A stretch of 64,000 bases of DNA from a bacterium (GTDB lineage: Bacteria; Sysuimicrobiota; Sysuimicrobiia; Sysuimicrobiales; Kaftiobacteriaceae). Every line of letters begins with the position of its first letter. Within the stretch, counting starts at the first letter, position 1. This document shows positions 38,088-46,905 of this stretch, piece by piece. Below the pieces are notes generated by a model, which saw nothing but the letters and a program-made list of their open reading frames with translations, had not been told where the DNA came from and made no database searches. Location of the stretch: assembly GCA_036004445.1 (NCBI GenBank), contig DASYRL010000067.1, positions 1,499 to 65,498 on the forward strand. Reading direction: 5' to 3'. Made by a program: the position numbers and the translations under genes.

Positions 38088-38264
38088 CCGGTCCTCTCGA
38101 ACGAAGTAGTCTGCCTTCCTATAGGTTCCTCGCTCGCCGCAGTGGGGGCACGTATGGTAGTTCGCTGCCAGCGTCCCCTTCTCGAAACTCCGCCGGTCCA
38201 ATCGGAGCGGAGTCTCAAACTCTCGTGCGCATGCTTTGCACGCAACCGTAAGACGCAGTTTCAT
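38070..38264 (-). CDS. small zinc-ribbon protein (hypothetical)
   Basis: 64 aa. CKAC...CPHC pairs. The C-terminal VTRDS is encoded by the heptamer repeat. Confidence 0.45.
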   Translation of the reverse strand: MKLRLTVACKACAREFETPLRLDRRSFEKGTLAANYHTCPHCGERGTYRKADYFVREDRVTRDS

Positions 38265-38283
38265 GGGTTATAGTAATCGTAGC

Positions 38284-38970
38284 ATGGCGTTTTTGAACCC
38301 GCAGGACGCCGAGTTCATCCGCAGGCGGTTCGCCTCCGAGCTGAAAGGCGACGTTACGCTGGAGTTTTTCGCTCCGAGCGCAGGGGGCCTCGTGCTGCCC
38401 GGACAGGACGGGGAGACGGCGGAGTACACGCGCAGGATCCTTGAAGAAGTGGCCGGCCTCTCCGACCGGGTCCGCCTCACCGTACACAGCGTCGTGACGG
38501 AGCCGGAGGTCGTCCGGCGGTTTGGGATCGAGCGCACGCCGGCCATCGCGTTTGTCGGTGCGGAAGATTATGGAATCCGATACTACGGGATTCCCGGCGG
38601 GTACGAGTTCGCCACCCTGCTGGAACTGATCATTGCCGTCTCGGTGGGCCGGGCCGACATCGCCGAGTCCTCAAAGGACGCGCTTGCCCGGCTGAAGGAG
38701 AGCGCGCACATTCAAGTCTTCGTCACGCCGACCTGACCGCACTGTCCGCGCCCGGCCAGGCTGGCCGGCCTGCTGGCCATCGAGAGCGCGAAGGTCAGCG
38801 CGGACATCGTCGAGGCCAGCGAGTTCCCCGAGCTCGCGGAGCGATACGCCGTCTATGCGGTTCCGAAGATTGTCATCAACGACGACACCGAGTTCGTCGG
38901 CGCCCAGCCGGAAGCCCACTTCGTCGCCTACGTGGCCAACGCGGCCGGTGTCGAAGAACCGGCCGGATAG
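38284..38970 (+). CDS. glutaredoxin-like/protein disulfide oxidoreductase (PDO, two Trx-fold units), candidate selenoprotein (in-frame TGA at 38734-38736)
   Basis: ORF 38236..38736 continues in frame: ...HIQVFVTPT-U-PHCPRPARLAGLLAIESAKVSADIVEASEFPELAERYAVYAVPKIVINDDTEFVGAQPE...*. TAG at 38968-38970. Start at ATG 38284 is tentative. Confidence 0.75.
38752..38768 (+). promoter_or_regulatory. candidate bacterial SECIS hairpin
   Basis: CCGGCC-AGGCU-GGCCGG (6 bp, loop with GG), starting 15 nt after the UGA. Confidence 0.55.
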
Positions 38971-38981
38971 CCCGCCCCCGC

Positions 38982-39863
38982 ATGCGCATTGAGTTCCACC
39001 ACCTCTCCTGCACCTACCCGGGTGACATCGCGGGAGTCATCGACGTCAGCGTGGAGATCGAAGGCCGCATCATCGGGGTCCTCGGTCACAATGGATCGGG
39101 TAAGACCACGCTGATCCGGATCCTCGCCGGCGCGATGCCGGCGTCGGCGGGCGAAGTGCTGGTCGATGGCCGGCCTCCGGTCACCGTCCCTCTGCCGTTC
39201 GCCCGCACCGGCGGGCCGCGTCTCTCATTTTTCCCCCAGGAGCTGCCGAACTTCCCGCTCGCGCAGACGCCGCGACAGACGCTGGAGCACTCGCTGCTGC
39301 TGGCCGGCGCTACCGACGAACCCGGCCGCGCGCAGATGGCGGCCGGCCTGCTCGACCTGGTGGGGCTCCTGCCGGTCGCGGATCGAGCGGTTGGCACGTT
39401 TTCCGGCGGGATGAAGCAGAAGGTCCGCATCGCGCAGTCGCTGGTGCACAATCCGTCCGCGCTCGTCCTCGACGAGCCGACCACCGGCCTCGATGTCAAA
39501 GAACGGCTGGTCGTCCTGCGGCTGCTGCACCGGTTGAGTCCCAGGATTCCCGTCGTCTTCTCCACCCACGACTGCCTCGATGCGGCCGCGGTCTGTGACA
39601 CCGTGCTCATCCTGTCGCGGGGCCGGGCCGTGGCGAGCGGCTCGCCGGAGGCCCTGACGGCGCAGGTGGCAGGCCAGGTGTGGGAATGGTGGGTGAGGGA
39701 TGTCGACGCCGTGCAGGAAGACGGGGCATTTGTGACGAGACTGCACAAGTATGCGGCAGGGGTGCGCGTGCGGGCTGTAGCCGCCGTCCCGCCGGCCGGC
39801 GCGGTCGAGGCGATCCCCACGCTGGAAGATGCCTACGCGGTGCTGACGCAGAATCCGCCGTAG
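38982..39863 (+). CDS. ABC transporter ATP-binding protein (no adjacent permease)
   Basis: 293 aa. Walker A GHNGSGKTT, signature FSGGMKQK, Walker B LVLDEPTTGLD. Confidence 0.85.
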   Translation: MRIEFHHLSCTYPGDIAGVIDVSVEIEGRIIGVLGHNGSGKTTLIRILAGAMPASAGEVLVDGRPPVTVPLPFARTGGPRLSFFPQELPNFPLAQTPRQTLEHSLLLAGATDEPGRAQMAAGLLDLVGLLPVADRAVGTFSGGMKQKVRIAQSLVHNPSALVLDEPTTGLDVKERLVVLRLLHRLSPRIPVVFSTHDCLDAAAVCDTVLILSRGRAVASGSPEALTAQVAGQVWEWWVRDVDAVQEDGAFVTRLHKYAAGVRVRAVAAVPPAGAVEAIPTLEDAYAVLTQNPP

Positions 39864-39889
39864 TAGCGCCGACGACACCGGAGGACCGG

Positions 39890-41239
39890 ATGGAAGACAT
39901 CTACGGCTACATCGACGCGCACCGCGACCAGTTCATCGAACGCCTGCAGTGGCTCTGCCGCCAGCCCAGCATCGCCGCCCAGAACGTCGGCATCCAGGAA
40001 ACTGCGGGTATGGTGGCCCGGCTGATGGAGGACGTGGGCGTCCGGCCCGAGCTCTACGCGACGGACGGCGCGCCCGTCGTGTACGGTCGGTCGGGGGCCG
40101 GCGGGAAGACGCTGCTGATCTACAACCACTATGACGTCCAGCCCCCGGAGCCGCTGGAGCTGTGGGACTCGCCGCCGTTTGCGGCGGACGTCCGGGACGG
40201 CAAACTCTTCGCCCGCGGATCCGCGGACAACAAGGGCAATCTCGTCGCCCGGATGTGCGCGATCGACGCCTGGCTGCAGACCCGGGGAGGGCTGCCGCTG
40301 GAGGTGCGCTTCGTCGTCGAGGGGGAGGAAGAAGTATCGTCGGCCCACCTGCACCAGTTCGTGCGCGACCACCGTGAGCTGATCCAGGCCGACGGGTGTC
40401 TGTGGGAGGCGGGCGGCAAGGACATCCAGGAAACACCCGGTCTCTACATGGGCGCCAAGGGGATCCTCTACGTCGAGCTCGAAGCCGCCGGCGCCAACCG
40501 CGATCTCCACAGCAGTCTGGCCACCACCGTCCCCAACCCGGCCTGGCGGCTGGTGTGGGCGCTCGCGACGTTCAAGGATCGCCACGAGAACGTCCTGATC
40601 GACGGATTCTACGACGACGTAGTGGAGCCGACGCCGGAAGAGATGGAGTACCTGCGGCGGATCGCGGCGCGGCGCGATGAGGACGTACGCCGGCGCGACC
40701 TTGGTATCGACCAGTTCTTACTGGGCCTGTCAGGCGTGCAGCTGGTCAAGCGCAACCTCTACCAGCCGACCTGCACGATCTGCGGGATCGTATCCGGCTA
40801 CACTGGGCCGGGGTCGAAGACGGTGCTGCCGAGCCGCGCGACCGCGAAGATCGACTTCCGGCTCGTGCCCAATCAGCGGCCGACGGACATCCTGCACAAG
40901 GTGAAGGCGCACCTCGCCCAACGTGGATTCGCCGACGTCACCGTGACACTGCTGGGTGCGGAGCATCCGGCTCGGACGCCGGTGGAGTCGGAGCTCTCCA
41001 AAGTGGTGCAGCAGACGACCAAGGAAATCTACGGGCGGGACCCGATCGTTTCGCCGCTGATGGCCGCGACCGGCCCGATGTACGAGCTGACCGCGCAGTT
41101 CGGGATCCCCACGGTGGGAACGGGGTGCTCCTACGCGCACAGCAACGGGCACGCGCCCAACGAGAACATCCGGCTGGACGATTTCTTCCAGCACATCAAG
41201 CACGTCGCGCTGATCTTGGAGCGGTTTGCCTCGGCTTGA
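39890..41239 (+). CDS. M20 family metallopeptidase/dipeptidase
   Basis: ORF 39680..41239 trimmed to ATG 39890 (MEDIYGYIDAHRDQFIERL). YNHYDVQP, RGSADNKG and VEGEEE motifs. Confidence 0.85.
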   Translation: MEDIYGYIDAHRDQFIERLQWLCRQPSIAAQNVGIQETAGMVARLMEDVGVRPELYATDGAPVVYGRSGAGGKTLLIYNHYDVQPPEPLELWDSPPFAADVRDGKLFARGSADNKGNLVARMCAIDAWLQTRGGLPLEVRFVVEGEEEVSSAHLHQFVRDHRELIQADGCLWEAGGKDIQETPGLYMGAKGILYVELEAAGANRDLHSSLATTVPNPAWRLVWALATFKDRHENVLIDGFYDDVVEPTPEEMEYLRRIAARRDEDVRRRDLGIDQFLLGLSGVQLVKRNLYQPTCTICGIVSGYTGPGSKTVLPSRATAKIDFRLVPNQRPTDILHKVKAHLAQRGFADVTVTLLGAEHPARTPVESELSKVVQQTTKEIYGRDPIVSPLMAATGPMYELTAQFGIPTVGTGCSYAHSNGHAPNENIRLDDFFQHIKHVALILERFASA

Positions 41240-41278
41240 CCGGCCGTGATGGGGTCGGTATTGTAATCTATGCCGACT

Positions 41279-41365
41279 GCGGAAGTGGCGGAACTGGCAG
41301 ACGCGCAGGCCTCAGAAGCCTGTGGGGGAAACCTCGTGGGGGTTCAAATCCCTCCTTCCGCACCA
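41279..41365 (+). tRNA. tRNA-Leu (anticodon CAG), type II with long variable arm, CCA encoded
   Basis: Acceptor GCGGAAG/CTTCCGC. Anticodon stem CAGGC/GCCTG with loop CTCAGAA. T-loop GGTTCAAATCC. 3' ACCA. Confidence 0.9.
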
Positions 41366-41374
41366 AGAAGAACA

Positions 41375-41407
41375 GGGGACAGTCCCCTCCAGCCGAGGAC
41401 TGTCCCC
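41375..41407. terminator. intrinsic terminator hairpin after tRNA-Leu (also faces the convergent DUF1264 gene)
   Basis: 11-bp stem GGGGACAGTCC / GGACTGTCCCC, 11-nt loop, followed by ATTCTTTC. Confidence 0.7.
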
Positions 41408-41414
41408 ATTCTTT

Positions 41415-41903
41415 CTACTTGATGACGGTAACGCTGGGCTGCCCGGTCGGGAGCGACTGCCTGCCCGGATCCCACAGCAGGTAGATCTTCCCGTAGGTCT
41501 CTTCCAGACTCTTCGCTACTTTGGCCGCCTCCTCAGGTGACAGGTCCGGCAGCGTGGCGCCGATCTTTGGGATCTCCGTCTTGTGGTAGTGCCAGAGCGC
41601 GCGCTCGGAAGCACGGAACGTCTTCCACGTCGCGGCGGTTACGACGAGCTCGACGCCGACGAGCCGAGCGTTGGACGAGTCGCTATCGTACAGCTGGCAC
41701 TCCGCCACGAAGCCCGGAATCCCGGTCTTACACCAGTGATGCGCGATCATCCCCGGCTTCCCGGGGAAGTGGAGCCTCCCGTCAATGTGGAGAGTGTAGC
41801 CATCGCTGGGCTTCATCCCCGCGGCCGGGCTGGTCTGGGGAACCAGCAGCGCCACACTGATGACCGCTGCCAGGACTACTGGAATGAGCAGGGTACGCCT
41901 CAT
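41415..41903 (-). CDS. DUF1264 domain-containing secreted protein
   Basis: 162 aa. Signal peptide. MIAHHWCK and ALWHYHKTE blocks resemble the DUF1264/OBAP family. Confidence 0.6.
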   Translation of the reverse strand: MRRTLLIPVVLAAVISVALLVPQTSPAAGMKPSDGYTLHIDGRLHFPGKPGMIAHHWCKTGIPGFVAECQLYDSDSSNARLVGVELVVTAATWKTFRASERALWHYHKTEIPKIGATLPDLSPEEAAKVAKSLEETYGKIYLLWDPGRQSLPTGQPSVTVIK

Positions 41904-41998
41904 TTCGTCCTCCTCTTGATAACCTCACCGAGTATTTGGGCGGGACGCCCCGTCCACCGCACATCTGACCACTTAGCGGGGAGGCGATGCTATGACGG

Positions 41999-44380
41999 TT
42001 GACACAATCCGGGGGTATTCTTTTTCACACGGTGTCTTACACTGAAGGCGGTGCGCACGCCGTGAACGTCCGCGAGACACTCGACGCCCTGAAGCGCCGC
42101 CCGGGCTATGCCGGCCAGCTGGTCCACGAGCGCTTCATCCCGCCGCGGAAAGCGCGCTACGCCGAGTTGCGCCACCCGCTGCCGGCGGCTTTGCAGCAAG
42201 CCCTGGCCACGCAGGGGATCAACAGGCTGTACAGCCACCAGGCCGCGGCCATCGATCGCGTCCGTAGCCGGGAGCACGTCGTGGTCGTCACCGCGACCGC
42301 GAGCGGCAAGACCCTGTGCTACAATTTGCCGGTTCTGGAATCGCTGCTGACCGATCCCGGATCCCGAGCGCTGTACCTCTTTCCTACGAAAGCCCTCGCG
42401 CAGGACCAGGCCGGGGCGCTCGGCGAGTTCGGTCTTCCGGACCTGATCTGTGGGACCTACGACGGCGATACGCCGCAGCCTCAGCGCCGCCGCCTGCGCC
42501 GGGAGGCCCACGTGGTACTCACCAATCCGGACATGCTGCACGTGGGGATCCTCCCGCAGCACCATCGGTGGACGGAGTTCTTCGAGCGGCTGAAGTACGT
42601 CGTCATCGATGACGTGCACGTGTACCGCGGTGTCTTCGGGAGCAACGTGGCCAACATCATCAGACGCCTGCGGCGGATCTGCCGGCTCTACGGGGCTGAT
42701 CCCGTGTTCATCTGCACGTCCGCGACGATCGCCAATCCGCAGGAGTTCGCCGGTGCGCTGATCGGTCTGCCCGTCAGCGTCGTCGCCGATGACGGCTCGC
42801 CCAGCGGCCCGCGCTGGGTGACCCTGTGGAACCCGCCGCTGATCGACCTGGCGCGGGCGCGCCGGCGGAGCGCCTATTCCGAAGCGTCGGCCGTGTTCAC
42901 CGCGTTCATCCGGCGGGGTGTCCGGACGATCACGTTCACACAGGCGCGCAAGATCACCGAGCTCGTGTACCGGTACGCGCGGGCCGCCCTGGAGCACGAT
43001 GCGCCGGACCTTGCCGGCCGGATCAGTCCGTACCGCGCGGGCTACCTTCCCGAAGAGCGCCGCGCGATCGAACGGCGGCTGTTCGACGGCGACCTGTTGG
43101 GGGTCATCTCGACGAGCGCGCTGGAACTGGGCATCGACGTCGGCGAGCTGGACGCCGCCATCCTCGTGGGCTATCCGGGCAGCATCGCCAGCACCTGGCA
43201 GCGCGCCGGCCGGGCCGGCCGCCGCACGGATGAGGCGCTGGTGATGCTGATCGCGCTGGAAGATGCGCTCGATCAGTACCTGATGCGCAGACCCGACTAC
43301 CTCTTCGCCCGGCCGGTGGAGCACGCCGTCATCGATCCGGAGAATCCCTACATTCTCGCCGGGCATCTGCGCTGCGCCGCGGCGGAAGCGCCGCTGGCTG
43401 AGGAAGATCGGCAGATTTTCGGCGATCATACCGTCGAGATCGCGCAGCTGTTGACCGAGCATGGAGAGCTCACGCCGCGGCTGCAGAGATGGTACTGGGC
43501 GAAGGAGTCGTATCCGGCCGGTGACGTCGAGGTCCGGTCCGTCGGAGGAACCGCGTTCCGCATCGTCGATATCACCCGGAATCGTCTGATCGGTACGGTG
43601 GACGGCGCGCGCGCCTGCGAGCAGGTCCATCCTGGCGCCGTCTATCTCCACCAGGGGGAGGCATATCTGGTGCGCGACTTCGATGTCGCCCACCGCACGG
43701 CCGGCGTGGTCCCCTCGGACGGCGACTACTATACGCAGGCCCGCTCGACGACCGAGTTGGACATCCTGGCCGTGACGAAGCAGCGCGCGTGGGGACCAAC
43801 CACGGCGTACTTCGGGGAGGTTGAAGTCAGCACCCAGGTCATCTCGTTCGCGCGGAAGCGCCTGTTCAGCGAAGAGGTCCTCGGCGAGGAGCCCCTCGAT
43901 CTCCCCGAGGAGCGGCTGCAGACCGCGGCCGTGTGGTTTTCGATTCCCGCTCAATTAGAAGCGGAGGTCCGCCGGCAGGGCCTCGACCTCGCCGGCGGGA
44001 TTCACGCCGTCGAGCACGCCGCGATCGGTCTGCTTCCGCTCTTTGCGATGTGCGACCGGTGGGATCTCGGCGGCGTGTCATACCCGCGCTATCCCGAACT
44101 CGGCGGGCCGGCCATCTTCATCTACGAGGGGCATCCCGGCGGCGTCGGCATTACCGAGAAGGGCTACGCTCTACTGGACGATCTGATGCAGGCGACCCTC
44201 GATACGATCGAGGCGTGCCCGTGCGAAGCGGGCTGCCCGTCGTGCATCCAATCGCCGAAGTGCGGCAATCTGAACGAGCCGCTCGACAGAGCCGCGGCGG
44301 TCGTTCTGCTGAAAGGACTCCTGCATGCGGCGCCTCATCGCCGTCATCGGGGAAAGCGCGTTCTCCGATCCCGCCAGTGA
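41999..44380 (+). CDS. DEAD/DEAH-box helicase with C-terminal DUF1998 Zn-binding domain (YprA/MrfA-like)
   Basis: 793 aa. TATASGKT, DDVH, SATI, TSALELGIDVG, QRAGRAGR. C-terminal CPCEAGCPSCIQSPKCGN. The true start may be GTG 42062. Confidence 0.85.
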   Translation: MTQSGGILFHTVSYTEGGAHAVNVRETLDALKRRPGYAGQLVHERFIPPRKARYAELRHPLPAALQQALATQGINRLYSHQAAAIDRVRSREHVVVVTATASGKTLCYNLPVLESLLTDPGSRALYLFPTKALAQDQAGALGEFGLPDLICGTYDGDTPQPQRRRLRREAHVVLTNPDMLHVGILPQHHRWTEFFERLKYVVIDDVHVYRGVFGSNVANIIRRLRRICRLYGADPVFICTSATIANPQEFAGALIGLPVSVVADDGSPSGPRWVTLWNPPLIDLARARRRSAYSEASAVFTAFIRRGVRTITFTQARKITELVYRYARAALEHDAPDLAGRISPYRAGYLPEERRAIERRLFDGDLLGVISTSALELGIDVGELDAAILVGYPGSIASTWQRAGRAGRRTDEALVMLIALEDALDQYLMRRPDYLFARPVEHAVIDPENPYILAGHLRCAAAEAPLAEEDRQIFGDHTVEIAQLLTEHGELTPRLQRWYWAKESYPAGDVEVRSVGGTAFRIVDITRNRLIGTVDGARACEQVHPGAVYLHQGEAYLVRDFDVAHRTAGVVPSDGDYYTQARSTTELDILAVTKQRAWGPTTAYFGEVEVSTQVISFARKRLFSEEVLGEEPLDLPEERLQTAAVWFSIPAQLEAEVRRQGLDLAGGIHAVEHAAIGLLPLFAMCDRWDLGGVSYPRYPELGGPAIFIYEGHPGGVGITEKGYALLDDLMQATLDTIEACPCEAGCPSCIQSPKCGNLNEPLDRAAAVVLLKGLLHAAPHRRHRGKRVLRSRQ

Positions 44381-44798
44381 GCCGCGGGCCGAGGAGATCG
44401 GCCGGCTCATCGGCGCCGCCGGTGACGTGCTGATCTGCGGCGGTCTGTCCGGGGTCATGGAAGCCGCCTGCCGGGGGGCGAAGTCGGCCGGCGGGATGAC
44501 TGTCGGCATCCTCCCCGGCGCCGACCGCGCTGACGCGAACCGCTTCGTGGACGTCGCGATCGCCACCGGTTTGGGGGAGATGCGCAACGTCATCATCGTG
44601 ATGAACGCCGATGGTGTGGTCGCCATCGGGGGCGGATACGGCACGCTGTCGGAGATCGGCCATGCCCTACGGGCCGGCAAGCCGGTGGTGGGGCTGGGGA
44701 CCTGGGAGGCTGTTCGCGGCGGCACGCCGGCGGCGACGCTCACGGCGGATTCTTCCCAGGACGCGTGGGCGAAGCTGATCCAGGCGATGGCGAAGTGA
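44325..44798 (+). CDS. TIGR00725/LOG-like (SLOG) family protein
   Basis: 157 aa. IAVIGES...LICGGLSGVMEAACRGA...GGGYGTLSEIG pattern. Overlaps the helicase 3' end by 56 nt. Confidence 0.75.
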   Translation: MRRLIAVIGESAFSDPASEPRAEEIGRLIGAAGDVLICGGLSGVMEAACRGAKSAGGMTVGILPGADRADANRFVDVAIATGLGEMRNVIIVMNADGVVAIGGGYGTLSEIGHALRAGKPVVGLGTWEAVRGGTPAATLTADSSQDAWAKLIQAMAK

Positions 44799-44819
44799 GG
44801 CCGCGGATGCGGCCAACCG

Positions 44820-44848
44820 CATTCCCTCTCCCGGTGGGAGAGGGAATG
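44820..44848. repeat. REP-like perfect hairpin
   Basis: CATTCCCTCTCCC-GGT-GGGAGAGGGAATG (13-bp stem, 3-nt loop) between the SLOG-like gene and rsmI. No T-tract. Confidence 0.6.
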
Positions 44849-44863
44849 GGTGAGGGACACGTG

Positions 44864-45724
44864 ATGGCCGGGACGCTGTATGTCGTTGCCACGCCCATCG
44901 GCAATCTGGAAGATGTCACCCTGCGGGCGCTGCGCGTGCTCAACGAGGTGGACGTGATCGCCTGCGAGGACACCCGGCACACACGGGTGCTGCTGTCGCG
45001 CCACGGCATTGCGACGCCGCTGGTGAGCTATCACGAGCACAACGAGGCCGCGCGGGCGGCCGAACTGGTGTCGCGGCTCGAACGCGGGGAGAGCGTCGCT
45101 CTCGTTTCCGACGCCGGGATGCCTCTGGTGTCCGATCCCGGCTATCCGCTGATCACGCTGGCAGTTGCCCGGTCGATCCCCATCGTCGCGATCCCCGGGC
45201 CGAGCGTCGTGACCGCCGCCCTCGCCGTGTCGGGCCTGCCTGCCGAGCGGTTCCTCTTTGCCGGCTTCCTGCCGCGTAAGCCCGCCGAGCGCCGCCGCGC
45301 TATCGAGACGCTGGCCGGCATCCCCTACACGCTGGTGTTCTTTGAAGCTCCGCACCGCATCGCCGCCACCCTGGCCGATCTGCAGGCGGCGCTCGGGCGC
45401 CGCCGCGTTGCCATCGTGCGCGAACTGACCAAGCGGTTCGAGGAAGTCGTGCGGGGAGACATCGGCGAGGTTGTCGAACACTTCGGGACGCGGCAACCGC
45501 GAGGCGAGTTCACGGTTGTCGTGGAAGGCGCCGCTCCCGGTGCCGGCGGCCGGGAAGCCTCCGACGCGGTGCTGCGGGAGCACCTCGACACGCTGCTCGG
45601 AAGCGGCGTCGCGCCCAGCGCGGCGGCGAGGATCGTTGCCGGCGCCCATCGAGTGCCGCGGCGGACGGCGTACCGGATGGCACTGGAACTACGGGAACAG
45701 GGAACCGGGAACAGGGAACGGTAG
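44864..45724 (+). CDS. rsmI: 16S rRNA (cytidine1402-2'-O)-methyltransferase
   Basis: ORF 44765..45724 trimmed to ATG 44864 (MAGTLYVVATPIGNLEDVTLRALRVL...IACEDTRHT). The tail ELREQGTGNRER is encoded by a repeat. Confidence 0.9.
   Translation: MAGTLYVVATPIGNLEDVTLRALRVLNEVDVIACEDTRHTRVLLSRHGIATPLVSYHEHNEAARAAELVSRLERGESVALVSDAGMPLVSDPGYPLITLAVARSIPIVAIPGPSVVTAALAVSGLPAERFLFAGFLPRKPAERRRAIETLAGIPYTLVFFEAPHRIAATLADLQAALGRRRVAIVRELTKRFEEVVRGDIGEVVEHFGTRQPRGEFTVVVEGAAPGAGGREASDAVLREHLDTLLGSGVAPSAAARIVAGAHRVPRRTAYRMALELREQGTGNRER
45693..45721 (+). repeat. tandem heptamer GGGAACN x4 at the rsmI 3' end
   Basis: GGGAACA GGGAACC GGGAACA GGGAACG G, then TAG. Confidence 0.85.
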
Positions 45725-45740
45725 GAATCTACACACACTC

Positions 45741-46901
45741 ATGGATCTCGGCGACTGGCTCCCTCACGACTATGCCCGCGTCCACCAGGCGGCGAGCGAA
45801 TCGGAAGCGATGTTCGTCCAGCGGATTCTGGAAGAGGCCGGCATTCCGGCCATCCTCCGCAGCCGCCAGGTGCCGGGGTACGGAGAGATCATCCGCGGCG
45901 CGTTCGGGTACTGGGGCGACGTCCTCGTGGCCGTGGATGACCGGGAGCGCGCCGAGCAGCACGTTGCGACTTACCTGCGAGTCATGAAGGGAGCATCCGC
46001 CGTGGCGCACTTCAGCGGCATCATTCCTCCACTGGTCACGCTGTTCGATGAGGACGGTGGCATCGACACCGAGGCCAATGAGCGGCACATCGACTTCGTC
46101 ATCGACGGCGGCGCGCACGGCGTCTTTGCGATGGGCAGCAACGGAGAGGCCATGCACCTGACCACCGAGGAGCGGCGGAGCTTCGTTGAACTCGTCGTGC
46201 AGCGGGCGAACAGCCGTGTCCCGGTTCTCGTCGGCTGCGCCAGCACGTCCACGGACGAGGCGGTGGGCTACGCCCGGCACGCCCAGGACGCCGGCGCCGA
46301 CGGCGTCGTGGTGATTCCACCGTACTATTGGGCGCCGAACGACGCTGCGATCGAGACCCACATCGGCGCCGTCGCGCGGGCGGTCGATCTGCCGGTGATC
46401 ATCTACAACTTCCCGGCCGTCGTGGGCCGGAACATCCCCACCGCCCTCGTCGCGAAGCTGGCGGCCGCGTATGCAAATGTGCTGGGGATCAAAGAGACCA
46501 TCGACAGCATCAGCCACATCCAGGACGTCATCGAACGGGTCAAGCCCGTCAAACCGGAGTTCAGCGTGCTCTGCGGCAATGAGTTTCACCTGCTGAATAC
46601 GCTGCTCTCCGGCGGCGACGGAGCCATTCCCGCCATCGCCAACTTCGCCCCGCAGCTTCCCGTCGAGGTCTACGAGCGGTTCCGGCAGGGCCGGCTCGAA
46701 GAGGCGGCGGCGTCGATGCGCCGGCGTCTCGGCCTCGCGGAGCTCTATCAGCTCGACGCACCGTTTTTCGTGGTGGTGAAGGAGGCCATGGTCATGCTGG
46801 GCCTTCTCCCCCTTGCGATCGTGCGCCGTCCGGCCGGACCGCTGACCGACGCGAACCGCGCGCGCCTGCGGCAGATGCTCACGTCCGCCGGCCTCCTCTA
46901 A
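45741..46901 (+). CDS. DUF2007-like N-terminal domain fused to dihydrodipicolinate synthase family (DapA-like) lyase
   Basis: ORF 45471..46901 trimmed to ATG 45741. Residues 1-80 (ASESEAMFVQRILEEAGIPAILRS...VLVAVDDRERAEQ) look like DUF2007. The rest is DHDPS-like (GSNGEAMHLTTEER, YNFP, LGIKET). Confidence 0.7.
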   Translation: MDLGDWLPHDYARVHQAASESEAMFVQRILEEAGIPAILRSRQVPGYGEIIRGAFGYWGDVLVAVDDRERAEQHVATYLRVMKGASAVAHFSGIIPPLVTLFDEDGGIDTEANERHIDFVIDGGAHGVFAMGSNGEAMHLTTEERRSFVELVVQRANSRVPVLVGCASTSTDEAVGYARHAQDAGADGVVVIPPYYWAPNDAAIETHIGAVARAVDLPVIIYNFPAVVGRNIPTALVAKLAAAYANVLGIKETIDSISHIQDVIERVKPVKPEFSVLCGNEFHLLNTLLSGGDGAIPAIANFAPQLPVEVYERFRQGRLEEAAASMRRRLGLAELYQLDAPFFVVVKEAMVMLGLLPLAIVRRPAGPLTDANRARLRQMLTSAGLL

Positions 46902-46905
46902 GGTA

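Noticed and set aside
41999-42004. TTGACA at the annotated helicase start as a -35 box.
   Set aside because: No convincing -10 lies at proper spacing. It is noted only as a reason to prefer GTG 42062 as the helicase start.
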